Of a stretch of 64,000 nt of DNA, positions 10,303-18,668 are shown piece by piece; positions within the stretch are counted from its first letter, which is position 1; each line of letters begins with the position of its first letter. The position numbers were made by a program, and so were the translations under genes. The notes under the pieces were generated by a model, which was given only the letters and a program-made list of their open reading frames with translations, made no database searches and was not told the DNA's origin. Origin of the DNA: an uncultured virus (IMG/VR IMGVR_UViG_3300047546_001190) (taxonomy: Duplodnaviria; Heunggongvirae; Uroviricota; Caudoviricetes); the IMG/VR virus record IMGVR_UViG_3300047546_001190; one strand, 5' to 3'.

Positions 10303-10788
10303 ATGACTGATTTCAATTACAAAAAGTATTCTCTTGAAAATCTTGAGAAATGGGTAGAAGATGCAATTTCTACTGATGATGTAACACCTCAGGAAATCTA
10401 TGATGTGGTTGTGAAAGTAGCTCGTGAGAACCATGAGTATCATTCAGTTCAATTATCCAGGATGGATGAACTTCTTGGACTTTTGAATGGTAATGGTGGT
10501 TGGACATATGATGAAGTGATGAGAGAAAGAGAATACTATGAACCAGAATCTAAAGGTGCTTGGAATGATTTTTGGAAATCAAGTCATCAAGAATATCTCA
10601 AGACTCAAGAAGATAAAGTAGTCAAATGGCAACTTCCTGTTCAAGTTGATGGTCTGACTGGTGATTGTTATATTGAATTACCTGATGATTTACTTGAAGC
10701 TGCTGGACTTAAAGAGGGTGATACTGTAGAATGGATTGATCTTAAAAATGGTAGTTTTGAAATGAGGAAAGTAAATGGCACTAAGTAA
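10303..10788 (+). CDS. Hypothetical protein with C-terminal AbrB/MazE/SpoVT-like domain
   Basis: IELPDDLLEAAGLKEGDTVEW. Confidence 0.6.
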   Translation: MTDFNYKKYSLENLEKWVEDAISTDDVTPQEIYDVVVKVARENHEYHSVQLSRMDELLGLLNGNGGWTYDEVMREREYYEPESKGAWNDFWKSSHQEYLKTQEDKVVKWQLPVQVDGLTGDCYIELPDDLLEAAGLKEGDTVEWIDLKNGSFEMRKVNGTK

Positions 10789-10999
10789 ATCAGTAGAAGA
10801 GAGTCTAAAAGAAGCAGAGCAGAGTCTGCGTAATGCTCTGGCATTTGCTGCAAGACAAGAACGCCCAGTAGTTTGTACTACAATCTCAAAGGTGATTCAA
10901 GAGATTGAAACGCTGCAGAGTTTTGATAATTTGATGGATAAACTTGAGAATCGTATGAAGGGAGATTCTGGTGGATTCGGTTCATTCTTTAGAGAGTAA
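10775..10999 (+). CDS. Hypothetical protein
   Basis: GAGG SD; overlaps the upstream stop. Confidence 0.7.
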   Translation: MALSKSVEESLKEAEQSLRNALAFAARQERPVVCTTISKVIQEIETLQSFDNLMDKLENRMKGDSGGFGSFFRE

Positions 11000-11092
11000 A
11001 GAACTGTTAAACAATCCCAAAGAAAAGATTAAGAACTATAACTTTGGGATTAAATACTGTTAGGATATCGACATAAATCACGGGAGCACATA

Positions 11093-11257
11093 ATGACCCT
11101 CGCAAAGACTGGTGGATCAAATCTTACAACAGAAGAATGGGACGAATTGAACGCTCTTAGGGTTGCTATTCATGACAACCCCGCATCGGTTCATCCTGAG
11201 AAGCAAGAACGATTCACCGAACTCTTTGTGCGGTCACTGGAAGGTAAGGGAAATTAA
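11093..11257 (+). CDS. Hypothetical protein, 54 aa (MTLAKTGG...ERFTELFVRSLEGKGN)
   Basis: Hand-translated; GGGAG SD; its TAA overlaps repeat copy 1. Confidence 0.65.
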   Translation: MTLAKTGGSNLTTEEWDELNALRVAIHDNPASVHPEKQERFTELFVRSLEGKGN

Positions 11258-11287
11258 AGTTACTCACCTCCAAAGTGTACCTATAGT
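11256..11287 (+). repeat. 32-bp cassette-boundary repeat, copy 1
   Basis: AAAGTTACTCACCTCCAAAGTGTACCTATAGT. Confidence 0.95.
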
Positions 11288-11302
11288 ATAAGCACTCTCA
11301 CT

Positions 11303-11434
11303 GTGAAACCCTCTTACATCATCTTCGGTGTGGTTGCCATTTTTGGATGGAACGCATTTCTGGTTCATCGTGATCATCAGATGTTCCAGAAGTATTATAA
11401 TGACAAGGCACAAATTGAAATGAACTCCAAATGA
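11303..11434 (+). CDS. Small membrane protein, 43 aa
   Basis: GTG start after the repeat; stop overlaps the next ATG. Confidence 0.5.
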   Translation: MKPSYIIFGVVAIFGWNAFLVHRDHQMFQKYYNDKAQIEMNSK

Positions 11435-11844
11435 CTTACAAAGCAACTCTCAAAGTTTCCTTCGATACTGAATGGACCTCTACTCATTACAGTAGTGGTT
11501 TTGATGATACTGCTCTCCCTGAAGAGCATTATACCTTTCAGGTTCCTGCTGAAGACCTGAATGTATATCAACTGTTTCGTTTCTTTGCAACTGTGGCACG
11601 TGCGATGGGTCACGATGAGATCAACATTATGAAAGGTGGTTGTGGTCTTGCATTTGCTGAGGACAAACGTGTAGAAGATATGCGTAAGGTTGCTAATGAG
11701 TTTGAACTGACTCTAGGTGAAGACCTGCAAGAAAAGTTCAAAGACTGGCAGAAAGCAGAGGAAGATTGGGCACGACTGAAGAAAGGACCGATGGAAACTG
11801 TTCTGACTGATGATGAACTGACTAATCTTGAAGAGGGGCAGTGA
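11431..11844 (+). CDS. Hypothetical protein
   Basis: 137-aa ORF in a tandem series. Confidence 0.7.
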   Translation: MTYKATLKVSFDTEWTSTHYSSGFDDTALPEEHYTFQVPAEDLNVYQLFRFFATVARAMGHDEINIMKGGCGLAFAEDKRVEDMRKVANEFELTLGEDLQEKFKDWQKAEEDWARLKKGPMETVLTDDELTNLEEGQ

Positions 11845-11972
11845 ACGAAACAACCAAAATCATTCTAGCCCTTCAACAGATTGACAACATCACAGAACTT
11901 TTGAAGGACAACGAGTACCAACAGTTTCTTTATAGTCACCTTGTCTCTATACAAGTTGAACTGCAAAGACAG

Positions 11973-12001
11973 TTGACGAATCTCTGTTCAACTGATAACA
12001 T
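11973..12001 (+). promoter_or_regulatory. Sigma70-type promoter
   Basis: TTGACG-17-TAACAT with TGn extension, then AAGGAG SD. Confidence 0.55.
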
Positions 12002-12024
12002 TAAGGAGTAATTAACAAACACAA

Positions 12025-12264
12025 ATGGCACAAAAGTACCTTTATATCGTAGATCACTTTGTGAACTTCCCTCAATCAGAATATGGTGGAGTCTGGAACG
12101 TCATCGCAGAGAATGATGATGAATGTTTTGATTTGATCTCTGGAGTTGATAACGGAGACTATGAAGAGTGCTATGTGAATCTTCGTAACAATATCGTCAA
12201 GGCACCTCGTTTTGCCCTTGCTGATGCTGTAGAATCTGAAGTGATTGATCGGTTCCTCACCTGA
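12025..12264 (+). CDS. Hypothetical protein
   Basis: Promoter and SD upstream. Confidence 0.7.
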   Translation: MAQKYLYIVDHFVNFPQSEYGGVWNVIAENDDECFDLISGVDNGDYEECYVNLRNNIVKAPRFALADAVESEVIDRFLT

Positions 12265-12423
12265 TTATGACAAATCACGTTGATCACACCAACAAGATGT
12301 TGTTTGATTTGAAAGAACAACATCGATCACAAATCAGTCATCTTCAAAATAAGATCACTGAACAAGAACAAGAAATTGCTAAACTTAAAACTCTGATTTC
12401 TCTTTTGTCTATTGAACGAGAAT

Positions 12424-12705
12424 ATGACTGTTAAGTTTCCCCACAAGGCACCGAAAGGTTATCATTATGAACAAACTCCATTCAAAAGAAATGTCACCGC
12501 AATTTGGATTTGTCCTGACTGCCGTTACGACTATAATAATGGTAAGCCTGTCCGGTGTATTTGGGGGTTTTTTAACTCCAAAACCAAACAGTGGCACTCA
12601 CCAGTCAATTCATCCACAGTGGGTGATGTAGTAGATCCTGCGAGAACTACACCTTATTCATCTATGCAAATTCGTCTGATCGGTGTCGAAAAATTCTTTT
12701 GTTAA
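12424..12705 (+). CDS. Hypothetical protein whose 3' end appears displaced by an HNH insertion
   Basis: FPHKAPKGY...IWGFFN...TPYSSMQ; a likely original tail (NLNPLESCFV*) lies at about 13293-13325. Confidence 0.6.
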   Translation: MTVKFPHKAPKGYHYEQTPFKRNVTAIWICPDCRYDYNNGKPVRCIWGFFNSKTKQWHSPVNSSTVGDVVDPARTTPYSSMQIRLIGVEKFFC

Positions 12706-13236
12706 TTTAATTTGATCTTCCATACTTAATGAAGAAAATAGTTTCATAGCAGCTTTTCTTTGACAGCAACTCCATAATTTATGGTGGTGATTGCACATCA
12801 ACTCCAGTTCCATTCCATTATCAATATCAGATAAAGAAACTCGGCAAGAGTTCCATTTTTTGGTTAATCTTCTTTGTTCAGTATCTGCTAAATTTTTATG
12901 ATTAACTTCTAAATTTTCTGTTGATCCACATATTATACATTTTCCACCCAAACTTTCAACAATTTTCTTTCTAGTATTTGTATAAGATCTAGTTCCATCC
13001 TTTTTTATTTTTCTTTTTTCCTTAAGTGAATTGTGAAGTTCTTCATTTGATTTTACCCTTTCCCATCTTTCTGCACCTTTTTCTTTAAAAGTCTCCTTAT
13101 TATTTTCATAATATTTTTTAAAATAATCAACTTTTCTTTTTCTTTGATCATCAGTTAAAGGTTTGATATTATCTTTGTTTTCTTGGTAGTATTTTTTACT
13201 ATACTCTTTTCTTTTTTCTGGATCTTTAAATGGCAT
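12658..13236 (-). CDS. HNH-like homing endonuclease (free-standing insertion)
   Basis: Lys/Tyr-rich N-terminus, then LGGKCIICGSTENLEVNH...LMCNHHH; the only convincing minus-strand gene; very AT-rich; start placed at MPFKDPEK. Confidence 0.75.
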   Translation of the reverse strand: MPFKDPEKRKEYSKKYYQENKDNIKPLTDDQRKRKVDYFKKYYENNKETFKEKGAERWERVKSNEELHNSLKEKRKIKKDGTRSYTNTRKKIVESLGGKCIICGSTENLEVNHKNLADTEQRRLTKKWNSCRVSLSDIDNGMELELMCNHHHKLWSCCQRKAAMKLFSSLSMEDQIKLTKEFFDTDQTNLHR

Positions 13237-13254
13237 GAATCTTTTCCAATTTAT

Positions 13255-13276
13255 AATGTATAAATATTTATACATT
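13255..13276. promoter_or_regulatory. Perfect 22-bp palindrome with TATAAATA late promoter on both strands
   Basis: AATGTATAAATATTTATACATT. Confidence 0.7.
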
Positions 13277-13321
13277 TAATGTCATGTTTTTCAATTTAAA
13301 CCCTCTTGAATCTTGTTTCGT

Positions 13322-13495
13322 ATGAACACCAACCAACTAATGTCTGAACTTGAAGCATACTGGAACAACCGTATGTGTGAACTGGTGACAGAAGATCGTC
13401 TCGATGATTCTGATGCACTTTATCTTGAGTTTGTGGTTGATGGTGAGGAACCTGAAGAGTACATGTTTCTGGAGTATCTGAATAGTGTTTGTTGA
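13322..13495 (+). CDS. Acidic hypothetical protein
   Basis: ORF track; start adjusted to ATG. Confidence 0.6.
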   Translation: MNTNQLMSELEAYWNNRMCELVTEDRLDDSDALYLEFVVDGEEPEEYMFLEYLNSVC

Positions 13496-13654
13496 GGGAA
13501 CCACAGTATCATACAAGAAAGTCACTGGAGTGATTGCCTTTGTGTGTGAACAATCGATCTCAATCTTAGTTCATAAAGGTTGGCATAAATCTCACGATGT
13601 TCGTGTTGTGGTGCATTCTTCTGACTTTGATCTTATCCAACCACTCGAAGAAAA

Positions 13655-13924
13655 ATGAAACTAATCCAGTTCGGCACAAGAGAAGATTATGGTCGTGAAC
13701 ACTATATGACTCTTCTCACCACAAAACGATACTCACTTCTTCAGATTGCTGTTGATTATGGTGAGTATGGTAACTGGATTGATTGGCCTTATCTTCAAAT
13801 CTCTATGGGATATGGTAGACTGTTTTCGTTCTTATTCTCTATTGGTAGGTTAGGTTTCACTTTTGATATTGCTGGTCGTAACTGGCGTGATGAGTTGTTT
13901 TATGTTCAGGGAAAAGATGACTAA
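13655..13924 (+). CDS. Hypothetical protein
   Basis: Tandem + strand ORF. Confidence 0.65.
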   Translation: MKLIQFGTREDYGREHYMTLLTTKRYSLLQIAVDYGEYGNWIDWPYLQISMGYGRLFSFLFSIGRLGFTFDIAGRNWRDELFYVQGKDD

Positions 13925-14132
13925 AAACTATCGTATCAAAAAAGTAACAGACGGACACTCAACCAGATACTACCCACAACACAAAAGATTTGGATTGTTT
14001 TGGTATAATCTATTTGTAGATGAATATAGGGATGGTGATTATTCTACATTTGAAGAAGCACAGTGGCACCTTTGTAACTATTTGAGAAAACCTGTGATTG
14101 AGTATCTTGACTTTGATTGTGGAGAAAACTGA
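13917..14132 (+). CDS. Hypothetical protein
   Basis: Tandem ORF; start adjusted to ATG. Confidence 0.6.
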   Translation: MTKNYRIKKVTDGHSTRYYPQHKRFGLFWYNLFVDEYRDGDYSTFEEAQWHLCNYLRKPVIEYLDFDCGEN

Positions 14133-14134
14133 AA

Positions 14135-14689
14135 ATGATTGAAATGAGAGTTGTTGATAATGGACCGATGTTCCGTCCAGAGTTTCAGTATCGGTATAAA
14201 AATCAACTTCCTCCTGGATGTATTGCTGACCAATTTTGGAAAGAATGGAGTGAATGGAAAACTGCCGAACAGGTAAAAGAAGAAGAGAGTAAAGAAGAAC
14301 CAAAAACTCTGGATGAAATCCAACAAGAGTTTGATGAGAAGATTGATAAACTGATTAAAATAACAAAGGGACAATTTGAGTATTCTAAAATATATACTGA
14401 AAAAGGATACGACTATAAGTTTGATAAGATTATTGAGAACTTTGAGTATGCGAAGGAGCACGGACAGTTTCCACTCAAACTAAACCTTGCTTATACAACA
14501 ACTGGATTGAGTGCTTATAATAGTCCTTATACTGAAACCTCTTTTGTAATCAAACAGGGAAATAATCATAAAGGTTATTATACTTTTGGTAATCAACGAT
14601 ATTTCAGGTATTATATGCCTGATAAACCGAATATGATTGCTAGGTTCTTTATGAAAACTTGTTTGGGGTTTGTATGGGTTGATGAGTGA
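14135..14689 (+). CDS. Hypothetical protein
   Basis: GGAG SD; start adjusted to ATG. Confidence 0.65.
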   Translation: MIEMRVVDNGPMFRPEFQYRYKNQLPPGCIADQFWKEWSEWKTAEQVKEEESKEEPKTLDEIQQEFDEKIDKLIKITKGQFEYSKIYTEKGYDYKFDKIIENFEYAKEHGQFPLKLNLAYTTTGLSAYNSPYTETSFVIKQGNNHKGYYTFGNQRYFRYYMPDKPNMIARFFMKTCLGFVWVDE

Positions 14690-14746
14690 GACACTTGAAG
14701 AACTGGCACACTCCTCCTTATGGTGTGGTGTGTTTGGTCGTATAAT
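14690..14746 (+). promoter_or_regulatory. Class-II early promoter-like element, copy 2
   Basis: GACACTT-n4-AACTGGCAC, hairpin-prone spacer, TATAAT; immediately after a stop codon. Confidence 0.6.
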
Positions 14747-14768
14747 ACTCTCATAAGCAATCAAACCG

Positions 14769-15005
14769 ATGAACCGCAAATCTTCTTCTCTTGACCTTTT
14801 CGGTCTTATTCCTATCTTTATGATTTTTGTAGTTGCTCTTATGTTCGTGGGAATTCCTCTTACTGGTGTCGGCAAAGTAATCGCAACTCAACAAGCACTC
14901 AACCAAGAATGTAAGACCAACTACACCTTCCTTCAAGTTGCTCTTGCTGGTGATAATCTTGCTCGTCTTTGCCAAATCAAAAATCAAACGGTGACTATCA
15001 AATGA
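14769..15005 (+). CDS. Hypothetical membrane protein
   Basis: Hydrophobic helix; first gene after the class-II element. Confidence 0.65.
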   Translation: MNRKSSSLDLFGLIPIFMIFVVALMFVGIPLTGVGKVIATQQALNQECKTNYTFLQVALAGDNLARLCQIKNQTVTIK

Positions 15006-15247
15006 AACTCTACGAACATTCCAAACAAACTTATCAGGATGGTGAAGTATCACATACTTGGCAGTTTGGTATTATCAACGACATATCACTACTCTGGGTG
15101 AATTTTGAAAGTCCTGGTAATGTCATTCATTCTTCTGGTGGCATCAACCTCTTGTTTTCTTTCTTTGGTAATTCTCTTATGAGTGTAGATTTTCAGCAAC
15201 GAAGGTTTTGTTTAGCATTTGCTTTTATTACTGAATACGATGACTGA
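15002..15247 (+). CDS. Hypothetical protein
   Basis: ATGA overlap with the upstream gene. Confidence 0.6.
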   Translation: MKLYEHSKQTYQDGEVSHTWQFGIINDISLLWVNFESPGNVIHSSGGINLLFSFFGNSLMSVDFQQRRFCLAFAFITEYDD

Positions 15248-15455
15248 CGAACAAAAGTTCCAAAATCTTATCAAAGTTCTCAAAAATTACGCAGAACAAC
15301 CAACTTGTTATAATCTAAATCCAGATTATACATATCCAGACCACAGTTGGGATATTTTTGAAGATGGTTCTGATTATGGTGAGATTATGTTTGCCCGCAC
15401 ACTTTTAGAACAGATTGATGTAGAATTTGAGTATCCTTGGAGTGATGGAAAATGA
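15240..15455 (+). CDS. Hypothetical protein
   Basis: Tandem overlapping ORF. Confidence 0.6.
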   Translation: MTDEQKFQNLIKVLKNYAEQPTCYNLNPDYTYPDHSWDIFEDGSDYGEIMFARTLLEQIDVEFEYPWSDGK

Positions 15456-15624
15456 CTGAAACCAAATACCTAGTCAGTTGGAAATCAGACACTCAACGCA
15501 CTCGTAAAGAAGCATATTTTGATACTCTTTGGGGTGCTGAAACTTGGTATGATGAGAAACTAACAGAAGGTAAGAAACCAAAACTCTGGCAGGAAGAAAC
15601 CACCACGATTTTGAGGAAACTGAA

Positions 15625-15819
15625 GTGAAAACTTATCTGTTGATTGCTGGATACAACTATTATCCTGCTCGTGGTACTGGTGACTGGATTGACTGCTATG
15701 ATACTGAAGAAGAAGCAATTGATAAAATGAATGCTTTGAAGAATGCTGATGATAAGTATGGTGCTGATTGGTATGATATTATTGATTTGAAAAAATGGAT
15801 GTGTGATGATGACTATTGA
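15625..15819 (+). CDS. Hypothetical protein
   Basis: GAGG SD, GTG start. Confidence 0.6.
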   Translation: MKTYLLIAGYNYYPARGTGDWIDCYDTEEEAIDKMNALKNADDKYGADWYDIIDLKKWMCDDDY

Positions 15820-16075
15820 AGAAATCCTTGAAGAATACGGACAGGAAGTATTAGACACATACTACGAACTGTTTCCTGATAAAGACATTACAAAGTTTGG
15901 TGATAGGTTCTGTGGCCCTGTTGGTGAATACTCTGACTTTTTGTTAGACTGTTATTATTCTACTGGTAGTAATGAACTTGAACCTATTGAACACTTTGAA
16001 AACGGAGTGTTCCGAGAGTATTATTACTACGACGAAAAAACCTCAACTGGATTTGTATTTTATAATGAACGATAA
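15803..16075 (+). CDS. Acidic hypothetical protein
   Basis: Tandem ORF. Confidence 0.6.
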   Translation: MMMTIEEILEEYGQEVLDTYYELFPDKDITKFGDRFCGPVGEYSDFLLDCYYSTGSNELEPIEHFENGVFREYYYYDEKTSTGFVFYNER

Positions 16076-16271
16076 TCCTACACACGAAGAAATGCTTGCT
16101 ATTGCTGAACGCAGAGAATTAGCAAATAAAACTTTTGAAGAACTCACCAAAGACGAAAAGATTAAACTTGCTCTGGAAGAACTTGCTGCGATTGTAATGG
16201 GTGGACAAGATGGTGAGGAGTATTATAATTCAATCAAGTTCATCAAAGATGTATTAGAGAGTTTCAAATGA
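16065..16271 (+). CDS. Hypothetical protein
   Basis: Tandem ORF; start adjusted. Confidence 0.55.
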   Translation: MNDNPTHEEMLAIAERRELANKTFEELTKDEKIKLALEELAAIVMGGQDGEEYYNSIKFIKDVLESFK

Positions 16272-16413
16272 ACTTCACAAAACGCCAACTGGTCCTATTG
16301 ACGACTGCCCTTACTCTGTTCTATGATGAGATTGCAAAGACCGCACCTGCAGAAATGAAGACAGAAGTAATGGAACTTGCACAGATGGTTCAAGATGCTT
16401 ATGAGGTGATAGA

Positions 16414-16629
16414 ATGAGTCACTTTGTAAAGAACCCTGATGAGATTGTTCTGGAAGATGTGAAGATGATTCACTTTGAAACGATGGAAGAAGGCCGTGCC
16501 GTATGGTTGGGTATTTACCTGAATGATGGGAAGATGTATCATATGAACATCGGTGGTGAGAATCTTTATGTGAACTATTCTTATGAAGGTAATGACCCTA
16601 ACATCACTGAATGGGAAAAACTAAAATGA
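16414..16629 (+). CDS. Hypothetical protein
   Basis: GAGGTGA SD upstream. Confidence 0.65.
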   Translation: MSHFVKNPDEIVLEDVKMIHFETMEEGRAVWLGIYLNDGKMYHMNIGGENLYVNYSYEGNDPNITEWEKLK

Positions 16630-16973
16630 GATTTGAAAACCAAACAAAACTTGAACTCTTCCTTGATGGTTTCCATAACTTCTGGAACTGTCTGGATTGT
16701 TATAATGATGGTGATACTTGGGGATACGATGAGTTCTGGGAAGGATTAAATCTTGGTTATTACCAACAATACATCTGGGACTATGATGACCCATACAATC
16801 TCACTATTTCACCAGAAAGAAAGTTGAGGTTGGACCAAAAACCACCAGTCATTTATGTTTCAGAAGAGGCATATGATGCTCTGGTAGAAGCAATCAATAA
16901 ACCACCAGAGTATAATGAAAAGATTGCTAGAGTATTAAGTCGTAAAGCACCTTGGGATGAAGAGAATGACTAA
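16626..16973 (+). CDS. Hypothetical protein with DUF1778-like C-terminal motif
   Basis: IYVSEEAYDALVEAINKPP. Confidence 0.55.
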   Translation: MRFENQTKLELFLDGFHNFWNCLDCYNDGDTWGYDEFWEGLNLGYYQQYIWDYDDPYNLTISPERKLRLDQKPPVIYVSEEAYDALVEAINKPPEYNEKIARVLSRKAPWDEEND

Positions 16974-17166
16974 AAGTATTATCATCTTCTTTGTTGGTCT
17001 TTCCTTCCTTGCACTTATCTTGAATGGTGCTGCAAACTGGGTAGAAAGCAAACCATCACCACCAGAACGAAAGTTTGATGTGGTAGATACTTATCGGGGA
17101 TGTAATGTAGTAAGATACACTCCTGATTATTCTGCAAAGTTTGCTTATTTCCTCGATTGTAAATGA
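16957..17166 (+). CDS. Small membrane-anchored hypothetical protein
   Basis: N-terminal TM helix. Confidence 0.6.
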   Translation: MKRMTKSIIIFFVGLSFLALILNGAANWVESKPSPPERKFDVVDTYRGCNVVRYTPDYSAKFAYFLDCK

Positions 17167-17373
17167 ACGAGAAATCTAAAATCTTCTACAACATCTGGTG
17201 CTGTGCATATCAACGCAGAGGACTATATAAAGGAACAGATAGGGAACACAGAGAGCACGAAACTGTTCGTATGTGCCTTGACATGAAAGACGTGATGTTC
17301 TATCGTTTTGATACTGAAAAACCCAGATATGTATAGTAGAGTAGTACCAGGAACATCAAAAAGAAAAACCAAA

Positions 17374-17694
17374 ATGAATTGGTTTGATTATTGGATCATG
17401 CACTGCTGGATTACTGGTTGGCAGAGTATGAGATCATCATTCCGTAACTGGTCTGATCTGATGACTGGTAACTGGAAAGATTATGGACTTATGTTCTATG
17501 ATGATCCTTATGAAGAATGTCGTGATTGTTTCTGGACATATCTTGGTGAGGATGACACTCTACCAAAAGAGTTTCTAGAACATCTACAACAACTCGTTGA
17601 AGATATTGAAACTGGTAAAGAGAAAGTCATTCCGATGGATGAACTTCTTATCAAACGAATGAAGGATCTTGTAGAAGATGTGGAGGTGGACTGA
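17374..17694 (+). CDS. Hypothetical protein
   Basis: Start adjusted to MNWFDY. Confidence 0.6.
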   Translation: MNWFDYWIMHCWITGWQSMRSSFRNWSDLMTGNWKDYGLMFYDDPYEECRDCFWTYLGEDDTLPKEFLEHLQQLVEDIETGKEKVIPMDELLIKRMKDLVEDVEVD

Positions 17695-18080
17695 TGGGAA
17701 TGTTCGACTACGTTCGTTCTTCTTATGACTTAGGAGAACACTTCACCAACACCAGATGTCAGACAAAAGATATTGATAATACGATGACCGATTATTGGTT
17801 ATCTCCATCTGGGCAATTTTATTTGATTGATTACTCTCATACTGCTGACTTTGTAGAACTCAAGGAAGGTGATGAGGGCTATAATGCTGAAGTGGCACTT
17901 TTTAACTTTACATGGATACCTAATGGCACTCATGGTAAAGTCCGACCATGGTATATAACAAAATATATCTCAATATACCCAGAAGAATGGAAAGGTAAGT
18001 GGGAAGATTGGCCTACCTTGAAACTACACTTTAAGTATGGTAAACTGATGGACTATGAGGACATTACAGGACAACGATGA
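17694..18080 (+). CDS. Conserved phage hypothetical protein (MGMFDY...QTKD family)
   Basis: Recognisable phage N-terminal motif; GGAGG SD. Confidence 0.7.
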   Translation: MGMFDYVRSSYDLGEHFTNTRCQTKDIDNTMTDYWLSPSGQFYLIDYSHTADFVELKEGDEGYNAEVALFNFTWIPNGTHGKVRPWYITKYISIYPEEWKGKWEDWPTLKLHFKYGKLMDYEDITGQR

Positions 18081-18241
18081 AACTTTTTAGTAAATCATTA
18101 TCTGTACCAAGTGAATATAAATGTCAGTATTGTGATATAACAAAACCGTTGAACAGTGATCACTTTCAGGTTGTCAAAAAGTTCAAGTTCGGTTATTCTA
18201 CTGTTTGCAACGAGTGTAACAAACCAAAACCAAAGGAGTGA
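18077..18241 (+). CDS. Small CxxC...CxxC zinc-finger protein, 54 aa
   Basis: Hand-translated: CQYC...CNEC. Confidence 0.55.
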   Translation: MKLFSKSLSVPSEYKCQYCDITKPLNSDHFQVVKKFKFGYSTVCNECNKPKPKE

Positions 18242-18401
18242 GTTATGAACACTACTGATTTCCCTTATGCTTCGTTTCCAATTCGGTTAGAGTTTAAGGA
18301 AGGTAAGACTTCTAGAGTTTGTTACTTTCAAGACAAGACACATTTGAATAAGTATCTCATCCGACACAATATTAACAAGAAAACTGCAGATATTCGATAT
18401 A

Positions 18402-18668
18402 ATGAAGAAACCTAAAAACTGGTGGTATGTGTGGAGCAAGGCTCTTGGGGAGAAGGCATCATCGTGCAATAAAACATCCGATAAGGTTGCAGTTGTTCGT
18501 ACCATCATCTTTGCAACCTATTTGATTACCAACTGCTTCATCGTGGCAGGAGTGTTGAGACAGTGGAATCGAAATACTGCGGTGCATGTGTATATTGATT
18601 CTTCAGAGATTCGACCTTATTTGACACCACCAGAACGTAAAGTAAATAAACCTTTAGAGTTTGAATAA
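18402..18668 (+). CDS. Hypothetical membrane protein
   Basis: WSKALGEKA...ITNCFIVAGVLRQWN, a common small phage gene. Confidence 0.7.
   Translation: MKKPKNWWYVWSKALGEKASSCNKTSDKVAVVRTIIFATYLITNCFIVAGVLRQWNRNTAVHVYIDSSEIRPYLTPPERKVNKPLEFE

Noticed and set aside
12670..13292. Group I intron
   Set aside because: The insert is almost fully occupied by an antisense ORF, leaving no room for a P3-P7 core
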